Shown here piece after piece: positions 18,651 to 29,148 of a stretch of DNA of 63,180 nt. Every line of letters begins with the position of its first letter. The first letter of the stretch is position 1. This DNA is from an uncultured bacterium (GTDB lineage Bacteria; Muiribacteriota; UBA9980). Location of the stretch: NCBI GenBank assembly GCA_964545075.1, contig CAZJFS010000006.1:1-63180 (forward strand), given 5' to 3'. The position numbers and the translations under genes are program-made. Under the pieces are notes generated by a model. That model had not been told where the DNA came from and made no database searches. It saw nothing but the letters and a program-made list of their open reading frames with translations.

Positions 18651-19619
18651 TCAGTTGCTTGATATTGCCTTTTTTTGCTGGATCTTATCAATGGTCGCTT
18701 CAGTATGCTGACGGATATCGCCGTTCTCATCGTTTAAAAGCGGGATCAGAAGCTTGAGACAATCGGGCGTCGCTATCTCGCCAAGCACCGAAATTATATT
18801 CATTTTAAGGCTGTCCGAAAGTTTTGATTTTAAAAGTTTCTCAAGATGCGGTATCGTTTTCGAACCTTTTTTCAAAAGCGATTTTATGGCATTTTTAACC
18901 ACGAACCAGCAATCGTCATCCAGCGCGGCCAATAGATATTTTACGCTATCCTCATATTCGATAACGCCGAAAACATATGCGGCAGAGGCTCTCATCCAGT
19001 CATCTTTCGAGCGTATCATGTTCTTCAGAACTTCTATCGCTTTGGACTCGCCCATTTTAAAGAGAGCTTTGACGGTATTGGCTTTTACTCGGTTATTTTC
19101 GTCGTCCAGAAGCGGTATGAAATGTTCTTTTATGTTAGCGCTGGAAGAGCCGGCTATATTTTCTATAGCCTCAACGGCGTTCGCGCGTACGCGGGCGTTG
19201 GAATCCTTAAGATATAGCGTAAGTATTGGAATGACCTTGGCACCGCCGAGTTCGCCGAGAGCTTTTATAAGGGTCGCCCTTACCTTTTCGCTATCTTCGT
19301 TTTCAAGAAATTTCGTAAGCAGCTCAATGTGCTTCTTATCGCGGAACTGGCATATGCCTTCAACCGCGTGAACCCTTACCCACTCTGAAGAATCGGCGAG
19401 CGCTCGTATAAGATGCTCGACGATCTTTTTATCATTGAAGGATTTCAGAGATACCACTGTCGCTATGCGCACCTGTATATTGTCGTCGTCCAGAAGTTCA
19501 ATAAGGCCGGAAAGGGCTTCTTTTATCTTTTTTTCACCGGCCGTTTTAGCGGCGATGAAACGCTCCACCCAATCTTCGCTTTTAAGGCCTTTGATAATTT
19601 CGTTCGGAGTTGAAAGCAT
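18651..19619 (-). CDS. HEAT repeat protein
   Basis: Repeats such as LKDSNARVRANAVEAI, LDDENNRVKANTVKAL. Confidence 0.9.
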   Translation of the reverse strand: MLSTPNEIIKGLKSEDWVERFIAAKTAGEKKIKEALSGLIELLDDDNIQVRIATVVSLKSFNDKKIVEHLIRALADSSEWVRVHAVEGICQFRDKKHIELLTKFLENEDSEKVRATLIKALGELGGAKVIPILTLYLKDSNARVRANAVEAIENIAGSSSANIKEHFIPLLDDENNRVKANTVKALFKMGESKAIEVLKNMIRSKDDWMRASAAYVFGVIEYEDSVKYLLAALDDDCWFVVKNAIKSLLKKGSKTIPHLEKLLKSKLSDSLKMNIISVLGEIATPDCLKLLIPLLNDENGDIRQHTEATIDKIQQKKAISSN

Positions 19620-19640
19620 TTTGACGCTCCTGATTTGAAA

Positions 19641-20165
19641 TTAATAAGTTATTAGAGAATTTACCCTGCGTTCTTTTAGCAGGTTCCTTCCATTCAAAAA
19701 GGAAAGTTCGATAACGAAATGAACGGAATCAACCGTTCCTCCGGCTTTTTCTATAAGTTCACACGAGGCCTTGGCGGTCCCGCCCGTCGCCAGAAGATCA
19801 TCCACTAAAACGGCGCGCGAGCCGGTAGAAAAGGCATCGGTATGTATTTCGAGGCTGTCCTCGCCATATTCAAGAGCATATTTAACCTGGAAAGTTTCCC
19901 ACGGAAGCTTTCCGGCTTTTCTTATAGGCACGAACCCTTTTTTCAGTCTCGCGGCGACCGCCGAAGCGAAGATAAAGCCGCGCGATTCGATGCCGCATAT
20001 CATGTCGACTTTCGACGCGTCAATGTTTTTACATATTGTTTCAATTGTAAGATCAAAGCCGGCCGGATCTTTCAGCATCGGCGTTATATCCTTGAACATT
20101 ATGCCTGGTTTAGGAAAATCAGGAACGTTTCTTATCAATTTTTTAATCTGTTCCAAAGTTTTCAC
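19641..20165 (-). CDS. apt: Adenine phosphoribosyltransferase
   Basis: IRNVPDFPKPGIMFKDITP, GIESRGF, RKAGKLP, YALEYG, VDDLLATGGT. Confidence 0.97.
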   Translation of the reverse strand: MKTLEQIKKLIRNVPDFPKPGIMFKDITPMLKDPAGFDLTIETICKNIDASKVDMICGIESRGFIFASAVAARLKKGFVPIRKAGKLPWETFQVKYALEYGEDSLEIHTDAFSTGSRAVLVDDLLATGGTAKASCELIEKAGGTVDSVHFVIELSFLNGRNLLKERRVNSLITY

Positions 20166-22276
20166 CTCTTATTAGATTTGTTGTTTCCCGGCATGCTTAA
20201 ATTATATATTTTTTCGATCATAACCTGTGATTTTTTTATCAATTCGGTCATAAGGTCTTGCGTCCTGACGTTTTCAACATCGATAGCCTGCTTGAAATTT
20301 TCAACCGCTTTTTCATAATTTCCAAGGCATTTGAAAACAAGGCCTATGTTATAATATAAGGAGGGATCGCGTTCCAGCTCAAGCGCTTTAAGATAAAATT
20401 CATAGGCTTTTTCATAGTTTTTTTTCAAAAAATACTGGTTACCTATGTTTTTAAGATCGAACATACGGGCGACCGCGCTTTTTGCGAATGTACCGCCCGT
20501 CGTAGCCGCGCCTTCAGCATCCGCGGCCCGGGACGCCTGAGCTTCGTCTTCAGCAAACTCAAAATTATTTGATTTATTGAAACGGATATCTTTTATCTTC
20601 ATCTGGATCTTTTTCTGGCCTTCCCAGAAAGTGAAATCATCGAGTTCAAAAACGAGATTGACCGACTGAGCCGGCGAAATTATTTTTTCATCATAAGAAC
20701 CCATGTTAAAGCCAATTCCTTCAACCGTGCAACCTGAATTTTTAACTTTTATAAGAAGATGCGAAGCCACTCCGCCTATCTTTTTGTGCTCGGATATGGA
20801 TACGTTCTTAACGTAAAAAAGCGGTTTCGGGTTTTGCTGGCCGAAAGGCTTTAAAAGGGTTATCTCGTTTAAAAGATCCGGCGTAATGCTTTTAAGCTTT
20901 ATTTCAGAATCGATTTTAAGCGTCGGTATAAGATCGTCAGGCTTGATGGTTTCCTCGGCAAGCTGGTTTATCTTTTTTCTGAAAATATCTATTTTTGAAA
21001 ATTCTATTGAAAATCCCGCCGCCAGTTTATGCCCGCCGAATCTTTTTAAAATATCGGAGCAGTTGTTCAACGCGTCGACAATCGAAAACGAATTTATGGA
21101 CCGCGCGGAGCCCACGCAGTTATCGTCATCTTCGATCGATATCAATATGGTCGGTTTGTAGTATTTTTCCTTTATTTTCGAAGCGACGATACCTATGACG
21201 CCGACATGCCATTTATCGGAAGCGAGCATAATAACGTTGTCATGGTGAGAACCCTTCAGCTGTTCTTCGACATCGATCAATATCTCATTTTCAAGCGATT
21301 GCCTTTTCTGGTTTTCGCCGTTTAAAACCTGAACGTACTGCATGGCTTCGCTATAACTCTCCGTTAAGAACATTTTCAAAGCCACGTTCGGATCGCCTAT
21401 TCTTCCGGCCGCGTTTATTCTCGGAGCAATTATGTAGCCTATATGGGTCGTATTAATTTCAGCGTCCTTGAGGTTGAGAGTGTCTAAAAGCGCTTTTATT
21501 CCTAAATTTTTAGTGTTTTTAAACATCTTTATGCCATATTTGGTAAGAATACGGTTCTCGTCGACGAGCGGCGCAATGTCGGCCACCGTTCCAAGAGCTA
21601 CGAGATCAAGATAATCGTTTGCAGATATATTATCATAATATTTTTCGAGCGCGCACGCAAGTTTGTATGCCACGCCAACGCCCGCGAGCATTTTATACGG
21701 GTAAGCGCAATCGGATTGTTTGGGGTTTAATATCGCGAAAGCTTCAGGAAGTTTTTGAGAAACTTCATGGTGATCGGTTATTATCGCATCGAGCCCGAGC
21801 TTGTTGGCATAGGCGATCTCGATAAAATTAGAAATACCGCAATCGACGGAAATTATCAATGATATCCCGTCGTTCTTCGCGTTCAATATGTCGTTCTCGT
21901 TAAGACCGTAGCCGCCTTCTATGCGGTTCGGTATAAAATAGCTCGCTTCAATGCCGAGAGTTTTCAATATTTTGTAAAGAAGAGCCGTGGAGGTTATTCC
22001 ATCCACATCGTAGTCGCCGAATATTCTTACCTTTTCTTTACGGTCGACGGCAAGTTTGATCCTTTCACAAGCTTTTTCCATATCCTTCATTTTGAAAGGG
22101 TCATAAACGTCAGTGAGCTTGCTGTTTAAAAAAAGGTGAGCCGAACCTGCACTCGCGATATTTCTGTTGATGAGAAGCTTCGCCAGTATCGGTGAAATGT
22201 TAAGATTTTCTGTTAAATTACTTATAAGTTCCTTGTCTTCCGGAAAGAATTCTAGCCGCTTTTCAATTAATTTCAT
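20162..22276 (-). CDS. recJ: Single-stranded-DNA exonuclease RecJ with C-terminal TPR extension
   Basis: GDYDVDG, RIEGGYG, VDCG, TDHH, LGTVAD, APRINAAGR, GSARS, GGHKLAAG; C-terminal TPR pair. Confidence 0.95.
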   Translation of the reverse strand: MKLIEKRLEFFPEDKELISNLTENLNISPILAKLLINRNIASAGSAHLFLNSKLTDVYDPFKMKDMEKACERIKLAVDRKEKVRIFGDYDVDGITSTALLYKILKTLGIEASYFIPNRIEGGYGLNENDILNAKNDGISLIISVDCGISNFIEIAYANKLGLDAIITDHHEVSQKLPEAFAILNPKQSDCAYPYKMLAGVGVAYKLACALEKYYDNISANDYLDLVALGTVADIAPLVDENRILTKYGIKMFKNTKNLGIKALLDTLNLKDAEINTTHIGYIIAPRINAAGRIGDPNVALKMFLTESYSEAMQYVQVLNGENQKRQSLENEILIDVEEQLKGSHHDNVIMLASDKWHVGVIGIVASKIKEKYYKPTILISIEDDDNCVGSARSINSFSIVDALNNCSDILKRFGGHKLAAGFSIEFSKIDIFRKKINQLAEETIKPDDLIPTLKIDSEIKLKSITPDLLNEITLLKPFGQQNPKPLFYVKNVSISEHKKIGGVASHLLIKVKNSGCTVEGIGFNMGSYDEKIISPAQSVNLVFELDDFTFWEGQKKIQMKIKDIRFNKSNNFEFAEDEAQASRAADAEGAATTGGTFAKSAVARMFDLKNIGNQYFLKKNYEKAYEFYLKALELERDPSLYYNIGLVFKCLGNYEKAVENFKQAIDVENVRTQDLMTELIKKSQVMIEKIYNLSMPGNNKSNKR

Positions 22277-22309
22277 TGTTCCTTCTAAATTATTAAAAAA
22301 TTTGAGTTT

Positions 22310-22338
22310 ATTATATCAAAAAAAAAAGAAATAAACAA
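22310..22338 (-). promoter_or_regulatory. Putative sigma70 promoter of the recJ-apt operon with a 10-nt homopolymer in the spacer
   Basis: Minus strand TTGTTT-17-(TG)ATATAAT; A10 run at 22318-22327. Confidence 0.55.
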
Positions 22339-22719
22339 GAAGTATTTTTCCTGCTTATTTCTTTTTTCAGATATTAACCTTAGTGAATTTTTGTTTAATG
22401 GTTCATGCTTTTTTTATAAAAAAGGTCTATTATTTTAAAAACACTTATATTTAAAAAATAACTGGCCGTTACGGGTATTATAAATATCAGCATAACAAGC
22501 GAAAAAATTTCCGAAAGCACCGATTTATCACCACTTTTACTTTAAAATTAACTGCTTAATCGAAGCTATATATCGGCAGAAACTGAAATTATTTTATCAA
22601 AAAACGTAATTTATTTCAATCAAAATTTTAATGCGGATATTTTTACAGAGAACCATAATGAAGTCAATCCGGCATCCGATAATTAAAATATTAAACCAAT
22701 GGCACGAGGCATCAAAATA

Positions 22720-22887
22720 ATGATAAACGCTGTAAATATAACCAAGACATACGAGATCGGACCATATACGGAGCTTGTCGCCAATATAAAAGACGGCGGA
22801 TGCCTTAAATTCGCCACCGTCACAAACATAAAACCTTCTAAAGAGCCTATCACGGGTTCCGGCATAAAAATAAATGTCCTCGCCTAA
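22720..22887 (+). CDS. Small hypothetical protein (55 aa)
   Basis: GAGG upstream of ATG 22720; sigma28-like element at 22656-22682; C-terminal GIKINVLA. Confidence 0.4.
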   Translation: MINAVNITKTYEIGPYTELVANIKDGGCLKFATVTNIKPSKEPITGSGIKINVLA

Positions 22888-23011
22888 AATTTAAAATTCT
22901 CCTTCTTTATTTCAATTTTTTTTATTGAGTAATTTTACCTAATGTGATAAAATTAAGTCATATTATTTAAGATATAACACCTCAATAAATAAAAAATCAG
23001 GGGGAGATGTT

Positions 23012-24862
23012 TTGAGTATGAAGAAAACCTTTCTTTTTATGGCCCTTTTTATTATTGTTTCAGTTCAGGCCGCTTTTGCGGGAGAGCTTGTTTTTAATTT
23101 TGAAAAGCCGGAACTTATCAAATCTAAAATTTATACCGACGTAAAACTCGGCGATCTTCCGCTTTCTTATGAACCCGAAATGCCCATACTTCCGTTCAGG
23201 CCCGTCCAGATTATGCTCCCTCCCGGAAAAACAGCTTCAAATGTTGAAGTCGTGTCCGGAAAATTGACGGAAATAGAAGAATCGCACCTTTTAAGACCCG
23301 CCGGGTTCAATATTCCGCTTTCCTTTCAAAAATTCGCTGAAGAACGCAGAAAAAGAATAGCCCTCATCAACGGCGGAAAAGAACCCGTTTTCAAATACAA
23401 ATACAGCGGACTCTATCCCGCTTCGCCAATGTCGAATTTTTCCATTCAGTCCGGGCGCGGTTATAAAATACTCGTCCTCAACGTTCACCCGGTTTTTTAT
23501 CAGGCCGAAACGGGAAAAATTTATTATTGTTCACAAATGACTGTAAAATATGATGTGATCGACGCCAACACAAATAAAATGCTTGCCACGAACGTGCGCG
23601 ACATAGAATCAGACCGTGAAACGATAAAAGCGCTCGTTGAAAACCCCGAAATGGTGAGCGAATACAAACCTAAGACCATAAAAGACAAGAAAATTGACTA
23701 CATAATAATTACTTCGAAAAATTTTATCGCTCTGAAAGGCGATTTCACGCTTAAAACTTTCGCCGAATTTCTCGTTAAAAAAGGCCTTGTCGTTGAAACG
23801 GCAGCTATCGAGGATATAACAGCTTCATCGTCAGGCAAGGACAACGCCGAAAAACTCAGAAATTTTTTGAGAAAAAAATATAACGACAATAATCTTAAAT
23901 ATGCGCTTCTCGCCGGCGGCGGCCTTTCAAAAGCCCCGATCATTCCGGTCAGAACGCTCCACGCCGGTTTCACATGGGACGGTCAGAACTTCGATCAGGA
24001 ACTTCCGGCGGACACTTATTACGCAAATCTTGACGGATCTTTTGATGGAAACGGAAACGGCATATATGGCGAACCAAATGACGGCGATAACGGAGCGGAT
24101 ATAGATATGATCTCCGAACTTTCGGTCGGCCGCGCTCCCGTTGAAAACGCCATACAAATAGAAAACTTTGTTAAAAAAACCATGGCCGCTTACGATTATG
24201 CTGACGCCGCCGATTTTGGAAAAGTCCTTTTCTCGGGCGAAAACCTTTTCCCCGGAATATTCGGGTCTTCTTATATGGGCGAGATTGAAAATGGCTCCTC
24301 GACGCACGGCTTTACAACCTGCGGATACCCGGCGGCTTATCCCAGAACATCCCTTCAGGACACACCGAATAAAAAATGGTCGTCGACGGATATGATAAAC
24401 ACATTGAACTCAGGCATTTATATTATAAACCACATAGGCCATTCGAGCGTCACCAGCAACATGCGCCTTTCATCGTGGAATCTTTCCAAGCTCGTCAATT
24501 CAAAATATTATCTCTTATACACTCAGGGTTGCTATTGCGGAAGATTTACCGATAACGGATGCATACTCGCGAGTCATGTCACGATGTTCGGCGGAGCGTA
24601 CGCTGTCATTGGAAATTCATCCTACGGCCTGGGGCCCGAAGACCCGGACCCGGACACGAACGTCGTCACGCGCGGCGCTTCAGAATATTTCCACAGGCAG
24701 TTCACGAACGCCGTTTTCGCCCAGGGTAAAAACCGCCTCGGAGACGCCAACCAGGCTTCCAAAGAGGCAAATATAAAATTCATGGGGCACGGCACCACCC
24801 GCTGGGTTTATTATGAGCTTAACCTGCTCGGAGACCCGTATCTTCCATTGAAAATAAAGTAG
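23012..24862 (+). CDS. Secreted C25 (gingipain-family) cysteine peptidase with propeptide
   Basis: Signal peptide; propeptide (PILPFRPVQIMLPPG); DYIIIT, DTYYANLDG, ELSVGRAP, NHIGHS (His), QGCYCG (Cys), NLLGDP. Confidence 0.9.
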   Translation: MSMKKTFLFMALFIIVSVQAAFAGELVFNFEKPELIKSKIYTDVKLGDLPLSYEPEMPILPFRPVQIMLPPGKTASNVEVVSGKLTEIEESHLLRPAGFNIPLSFQKFAEERRKRIALINGGKEPVFKYKYSGLYPASPMSNFSIQSGRGYKILVLNVHPVFYQAETGKIYYCSQMTVKYDVIDANTNKMLATNVRDIESDRETIKALVENPEMVSEYKPKTIKDKKIDYIIITSKNFIALKGDFTLKTFAEFLVKKGLVVETAAIEDITASSSGKDNAEKLRNFLRKKYNDNNLKYALLAGGGLSKAPIIPVRTLHAGFTWDGQNFDQELPADTYYANLDGSFDGNGNGIYGEPNDGDNGADIDMISELSVGRAPVENAIQIENFVKKTMAAYDYADAADFGKVLFSGENLFPGIFGSSYMGEIENGSSTHGFTTCGYPAAYPRTSLQDTPNKKWSSTDMINTLNSGIYIINHIGHSSVTSNMRLSSWNLSKLVNSKYYLLYTQGCYCGRFTDNGCILASHVTMFGGAYAVIGNSSYGLGPEDPDPDTNVVTRGASEYFHRQFTNAVFAQGKNRLGDANQASKEANIKFMGHGTTRWVYYELNLLGDPYLPLKIK

Positions 24863-24899
24863 AACATTATAAAAATTTTAAAAAAAGGATGAGCTTTAT

Positions 24900-26180
24900 A
24901 TGACGATTCAAGTAACCAGAGAACAGATAATGAAACTTCCCAAAACCGATCTGCACATTCATCTCGACGGCTCGGTCAACTCCCAAACGCTCGTAGAACT
25001 CGCTAAATTCCAGAAGGTCGATCTCGTAGCCGAAAGCAAAAAACTGGGCATAGGCAATCTCAAATCAGGCACAGCCGAAGAATTTGACGAAAAAGTATTC
25101 AAACCCGAATATAACAGCCTTATGGAATATTTGACACCTTTCGAACTCGTAAACTGCGTTTTGAGAACGCCTGAAAGCCTTGAAGAGGTATCATACAGAA
25201 TAGCGTGCGACGAATTCAACGAAGGCGTCCGATATTTCGAATTGCGCTTCGCTCCCCAGAAGCACTGGAGCCTCGATTTCGGATGGGAAGACATAGTCAA
25301 ATCAGTCGACAAAGGCCTCCGCCGCGCCATGAACGAATATAACGCCAAGGACGGCGTCGCGAAAAACGGCGAACTTCCTTATAAATGCGGCATGATACTC
25401 TGCGCGATGCGCATGATAAACCCGAACATGGGCGATTACTATAAGACTTTATATGAACTCCACACCGGCGATGATCTCCAGAACCTGGCGACGATGGCTT
25501 CGGTGGAGGTCGCGAAACTCGCAGTCAGCTCCATGAAAAAAGGGTACCTGGTGGTAGGTTTCGATCTGGCCGGCCGCGAGGACGGTTTCCCGGCCGTCGA
25601 TCACAAAGACGCTTTTGAATACTGCTATAACAACGGCGTTCATACCACGTGCCACGCCGGAGAAGCTTACGGCCCGGAAAGCGTCATGGGCGCCATCAAA
25701 TACTGTAACGTACGCAGGATAGGCCACGGCACCCAGCTTTTCCAGTGGGAAAAGATCCAGCGCAAAAACCCGGACGGCACTGAAATGACGCGCGATCAGA
25801 AACTCGAATATATGAATACGGTAGCCGAACGAATGGCCCGCGAAAGAACCACGCTCGAAGTATGCCTTAAATCGAATTCCCAGACGCTACCTTCGCTGCG
25901 CGACCTTTCGATGCACCCGATCCGCGACTTTCTTAAATACAACCTTCGAGTCGCGATATCGACCGACAACCGGGCGATATCGAGAGTAACCGTCACGGAC
26001 GAATACATGACCATGATAAAGTTATACGATATTGACTTTAAAACGCTTAAAAACATAAGCCTTGCTGGTTTTAAAGGCGCGTTCTTCCCCGGAACATACG
26101 CGCAGCAGCGCGAATATATGAGAAAATCGATAGACTTCTACGATGCCCGCTTTAAACAATACATCGGAGAAAATAAATAA
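24900..26180 (+). CDS. add: Adenosine deaminase family protein
   Basis: LPKTDLHIHLDGS, YFELRFAP, GFDLAG, HAGE, RIGHG, LEVC..SN, STDN. Confidence 0.9.
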   Translation: MTIQVTREQIMKLPKTDLHIHLDGSVNSQTLVELAKFQKVDLVAESKKLGIGNLKSGTAEEFDEKVFKPEYNSLMEYLTPFELVNCVLRTPESLEEVSYRIACDEFNEGVRYFELRFAPQKHWSLDFGWEDIVKSVDKGLRRAMNEYNAKDGVAKNGELPYKCGMILCAMRMINPNMGDYYKTLYELHTGDDLQNLATMASVEVAKLAVSSMKKGYLVVGFDLAGREDGFPAVDHKDAFEYCYNNGVHTTCHAGEAYGPESVMGAIKYCNVRRIGHGTQLFQWEKIQRKNPDGTEMTRDQKLEYMNTVAERMARERTTLEVCLKSNSQTLPSLRDLSMHPIRDFLKYNLRVAISTDNRAISRVTVTDEYMTMIKLYDIDFKTLKNISLAGFKGAFFPGTYAQQREYMRKSIDFYDARFKQYIGENK

Positions 26181-26215
26181 AACAGCTTTAATATATCGGC
26201 CGCTGCCGCTCTTGT

Positions 26216-26255
26216 AAAAAAACCGCGAGCCTAAAAAAGGCCACGCGGTTTTTTT
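26216..26255. terminator. Bidirectional intrinsic terminator
   Basis: AAAAAAACCGCG...CGCGGTTTTTTT between convergent genes. Confidence 0.75.
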
Positions 26256-26329
26256 ATAAATTTGTTAATATTAAAACATTTGATACAAAAGAAAAAACTG
26301 GATTTCAATGGACACGAAAGACGATAAGT

Positions 26330-28813
26330 CTAAACGTTGAAAAAATGTTCACGCGCCCGCTGCCTGTATAATTCAAATTCATCAGGCAGGCCGTTTATTA
26401 AAACGCGGGCTTTTTCGAATCCGCCGGCTTCTTCGGCGCAAGCTTCAAGAGATTTAAATATGGCCGCTATTCTTTCAGCGCAGGCATTGAGCGCGGTGCC
26501 TTTTATCTTATGGGCCGTGAACTTAAGCTTCTCGGGATCCGCTCCGGCCACGGCCGCCGTTATTTCATCGATATACTGGCGGCGGTTGGAGAAAAAAAGC
26601 TTTACGAATTTTTCCATAGATCCGGTCACGCCCGTAAAATTATTGTTCAATTTTTCAAAATTAAAAATTTGAACTTCGGGCTCGTTTACGATTTCGCCTA
26701 ACTTGAAAAAAGCGCTCTTGCCCTCAACGGAATTTAAGATGGCGGCTTCAAGCTCGTCAATATTTATCGGTTTGGTAATATATCCGGTCATGCCGACATC
26801 AATGCAGCGCCGGTAGTTTTTTTGCGTAGCGTCGGCCGTAATTGCTATTATCGGGACGGTTATGCCTGATTTTCTTATGAGCGAAGTCGCTTCAATGCCG
26901 TCCATTTCAGGCATTTGAATATCCATTATCACGACGTCGTATTTCCGGCATGTGATCATTTCCAGGGCTTTTTTTCCCGAATCGGCTGAATCGACGGTGT
27001 GCCCGATAGACTCCAAAAATTTCTGGACAAGTTGGACGTTAAAAAAATTATCTTCCACCAGAAGGACCTTGAAGCTTTTTTTCATGGCGTCAGGCGCGTC
27101 TGAAACCGTTTCATTTTTCAATGCCCCGGTATTTTTTACTTCGGCTTTTTTAAATTCAGCCGTAAAATAAAAAATGCTCCCGACGTCTATAGAGCTTTCA
27201 ATATTTATTTTATTTCCGCTCATCAGCGATACGAGTTTATTGGATATGGCTAGCCCCAGGCCCGATCCTCCATAATATCTGGATATGGAACTATCGGCCT
27301 GTACGAAAGGCGAAAAAACTTTGTCGATGTTATTTTTAGCGATACCAATCCCGTTATCGGCGACGGCGAATTTTATACGGACCGAATCGGAAGTCTCATC
27401 CTCGATATCCACGCCCAGCGAAACGCTATCGCGCGTAAACTTTATAGCGTTAGTCATCAGATTTATCAATATCTGGCGCAGCCTCGAAGGATCGCCCATA
27501 AGCACGTCATTATATTGAGAACCTTCAATACGCTCAAATTTCACGTTTTTCTCGATAGCGTTGATCTTTGTCACGCATATTACATCGTCTATGACCTTTT
27601 CAAGTTTGAAAGGGATTACGTCAAGCTCGAGCTTCCCTTCTTCTATCTTTGAAAAGTCGAGGATGTTATCTATTAAAGACAGCAGGTGCCTGCCGTTGAC
27701 CCTTATATAATTTAAAAAATTCTTTTCTTCCCGGCTAAGATCCGCCGAAGTCAGCATTTCTGAAAATCCTATTATGCTGTTGAGGGGCGTTCTTATCTCA
27801 TGGCTCATGGAGGCTAGAAACATGCTTTTGGCGCGGTTTGCCGATTCAGCCGAATCGCGCGCTTTTTTCAGTTCATCTTCGAGTTTTTTCTGTTCCGTTA
27901 TATCGACTCCAACCGTGACGATGCCTGAAATATTACCGGTGGCATCGCTGAAAACAGCCTTGTTGTATATGCCGCTTTTCAAAGTCCCTTCGCCGTCGCT
28001 ATAAAGATATTCATATACCTGCGTACCGCGGTTACGCATAAGCGCGTTGTCCATTTCGACGTATTTATCGGCAAGCTCTTTCGGATAGATATCATGCGCG
28101 GTTTTTCCGATAACGTCTTTTTTTTTCAAGCCCGTATATAGTTCGAAACACTTGTTACAGCCTTTATACACGCCGGAAGCATCCTTGTAAAAAAAAGGGT
28201 TGGGAATAACGTCTATCAAAACCTCTAAAAAATTGAGCTGTTCGGCAAGGCGTTTTTCCACGTTTTTTCTTTCGTTAATTTCATTTTCAAGTTTCTCGTT
28301 CTGACGGTTGATCTCGTTGACATATTCGTTGCTCGATATAACATGAGACAAGAGTATGCTAATATATTCGAAGTTTTCAATTTCGTCCTCGCTTATGGTC
28401 CGTGTTTTGGTATCATGTAAATTGAGAGTGCCGAATACCTCTGATTTGTTTACGAGAGGAACGCAGAATAAGGTCTTAACGCTGAATTTATCTATTATTG
28501 ATCTCCATGGATCCAGAAGAGGTTCCGAGCTGCAGTCGCCGATGAATAAACATTTGCCATCCCTGATGCATTTCTCGAACGGCTCCGAAATCCCTTGCGC
28601 GTTAACAGTTTTTAAAATTTCAGGATATTCGGAAGGCGTATTATATGAAGAAAATATTAACCCGTAGCAGGGCTGGTTCAGAATAAATATGGAACCGCAT
28701 TTGAAATCGTAGTTATGGCATATTATTTCAAGGACCTTCCGCGCGTATTCTTTCGGAAGCGCCTTTACATCCAGAGCGGATATTTGTTTAAAAGTATCCT
28801 TGAATTTTTTCAT
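26330..28813 (-). CDS. Hybrid sensor histidine kinase (GAF-PAS-HisKA-HATPase-REC-Hpt)
   Basis: FLASMSHEIRTPLN, RLRQILINLMTNAIKFT, DNGIGI, GGSGLGLAIS, LLVEDN..MDIQMPEMDG, AHKIKG. Confidence 0.95.
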   Translation of the reverse strand: MKKFKDTFKQISALDVKALPKEYARKVLEIICHNYDFKCGSIFILNQPCYGLIFSSYNTPSEYPEILKTVNAQGISEPFEKCIRDGKCLFIGDCSSEPLLDPWRSIIDKFSVKTLFCVPLVNKSEVFGTLNLHDTKTRTISEDEIENFEYISILLSHVISSNEYVNEINRQNEKLENEINERKNVEKRLAEQLNFLEVLIDVIPNPFFYKDASGVYKGCNKCFELYTGLKKKDVIGKTAHDIYPKELADKYVEMDNALMRNRGTQVYEYLYSDGEGTLKSGIYNKAVFSDATGNISGIVTVGVDITEQKKLEDELKKARDSAESANRAKSMFLASMSHEIRTPLNSIIGFSEMLTSADLSREEKNFLNYIRVNGRHLLSLIDNILDFSKIEEGKLELDVIPFKLEKVIDDVICVTKINAIEKNVKFERIEGSQYNDVLMGDPSRLRQILINLMTNAIKFTRDSVSLGVDIEDETSDSVRIKFAVADNGIGIAKNNIDKVFSPFVQADSSISRYYGGSGLGLAISNKLVSLMSGNKINIESSIDVGSIFYFTAEFKKAEVKNTGALKNETVSDAPDAMKKSFKVLLVEDNFFNVQLVQKFLESIGHTVDSADSGKKALEMITCRKYDVVIMDIQMPEMDGIEATSLIRKSGITVPIIAITADATQKNYRRCIDVGMTGYITKPINIDELEAAILNSVEGKSAFFKLGEIVNEPEVQIFNFEKLNNNFTGVTGSMEKFVKLFFSNRRQYIDEITAAVAGADPEKLKFTAHKIKGTALNACAERIAAIFKSLEACAEEAGGFEKARVLINGLPDEFELYRQRAREHFFNV

Positions 28814-29148
28814 ATCGTTTTATCACAGAACTTCAAATTTGGTTAAAAATCATATTAGCACTTTTAAATCCGATTTCATAACCCTTTTTTCAACTGATTT
28901 TTTAAAAGATTTCTTTTATGCACGCGTATGCTTCGAGATACCCATTTTTTCATTATTTAGTTTCGATCCTGCGGTTTCACTGCGTGATCGTAAATATTTT
29001 TTTACCAGCCTGTATCCTTTCCCATCTGATCTTCTCAACATGATAAAAAAGGACCGGCAGGAATCTTTTTGTCGGATCAATTGAAATAAAACGTTTTCTT
29101 TGCTAAAATACAATCAAGAATCAAAATAAAAGTGCGGAATTTGACGCT

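Noticed and set aside
28916-29113. 65-aa minus-strand ORF upstream of the histidine kinase
   Set aside because: No RBS or motif; probably promoter region.
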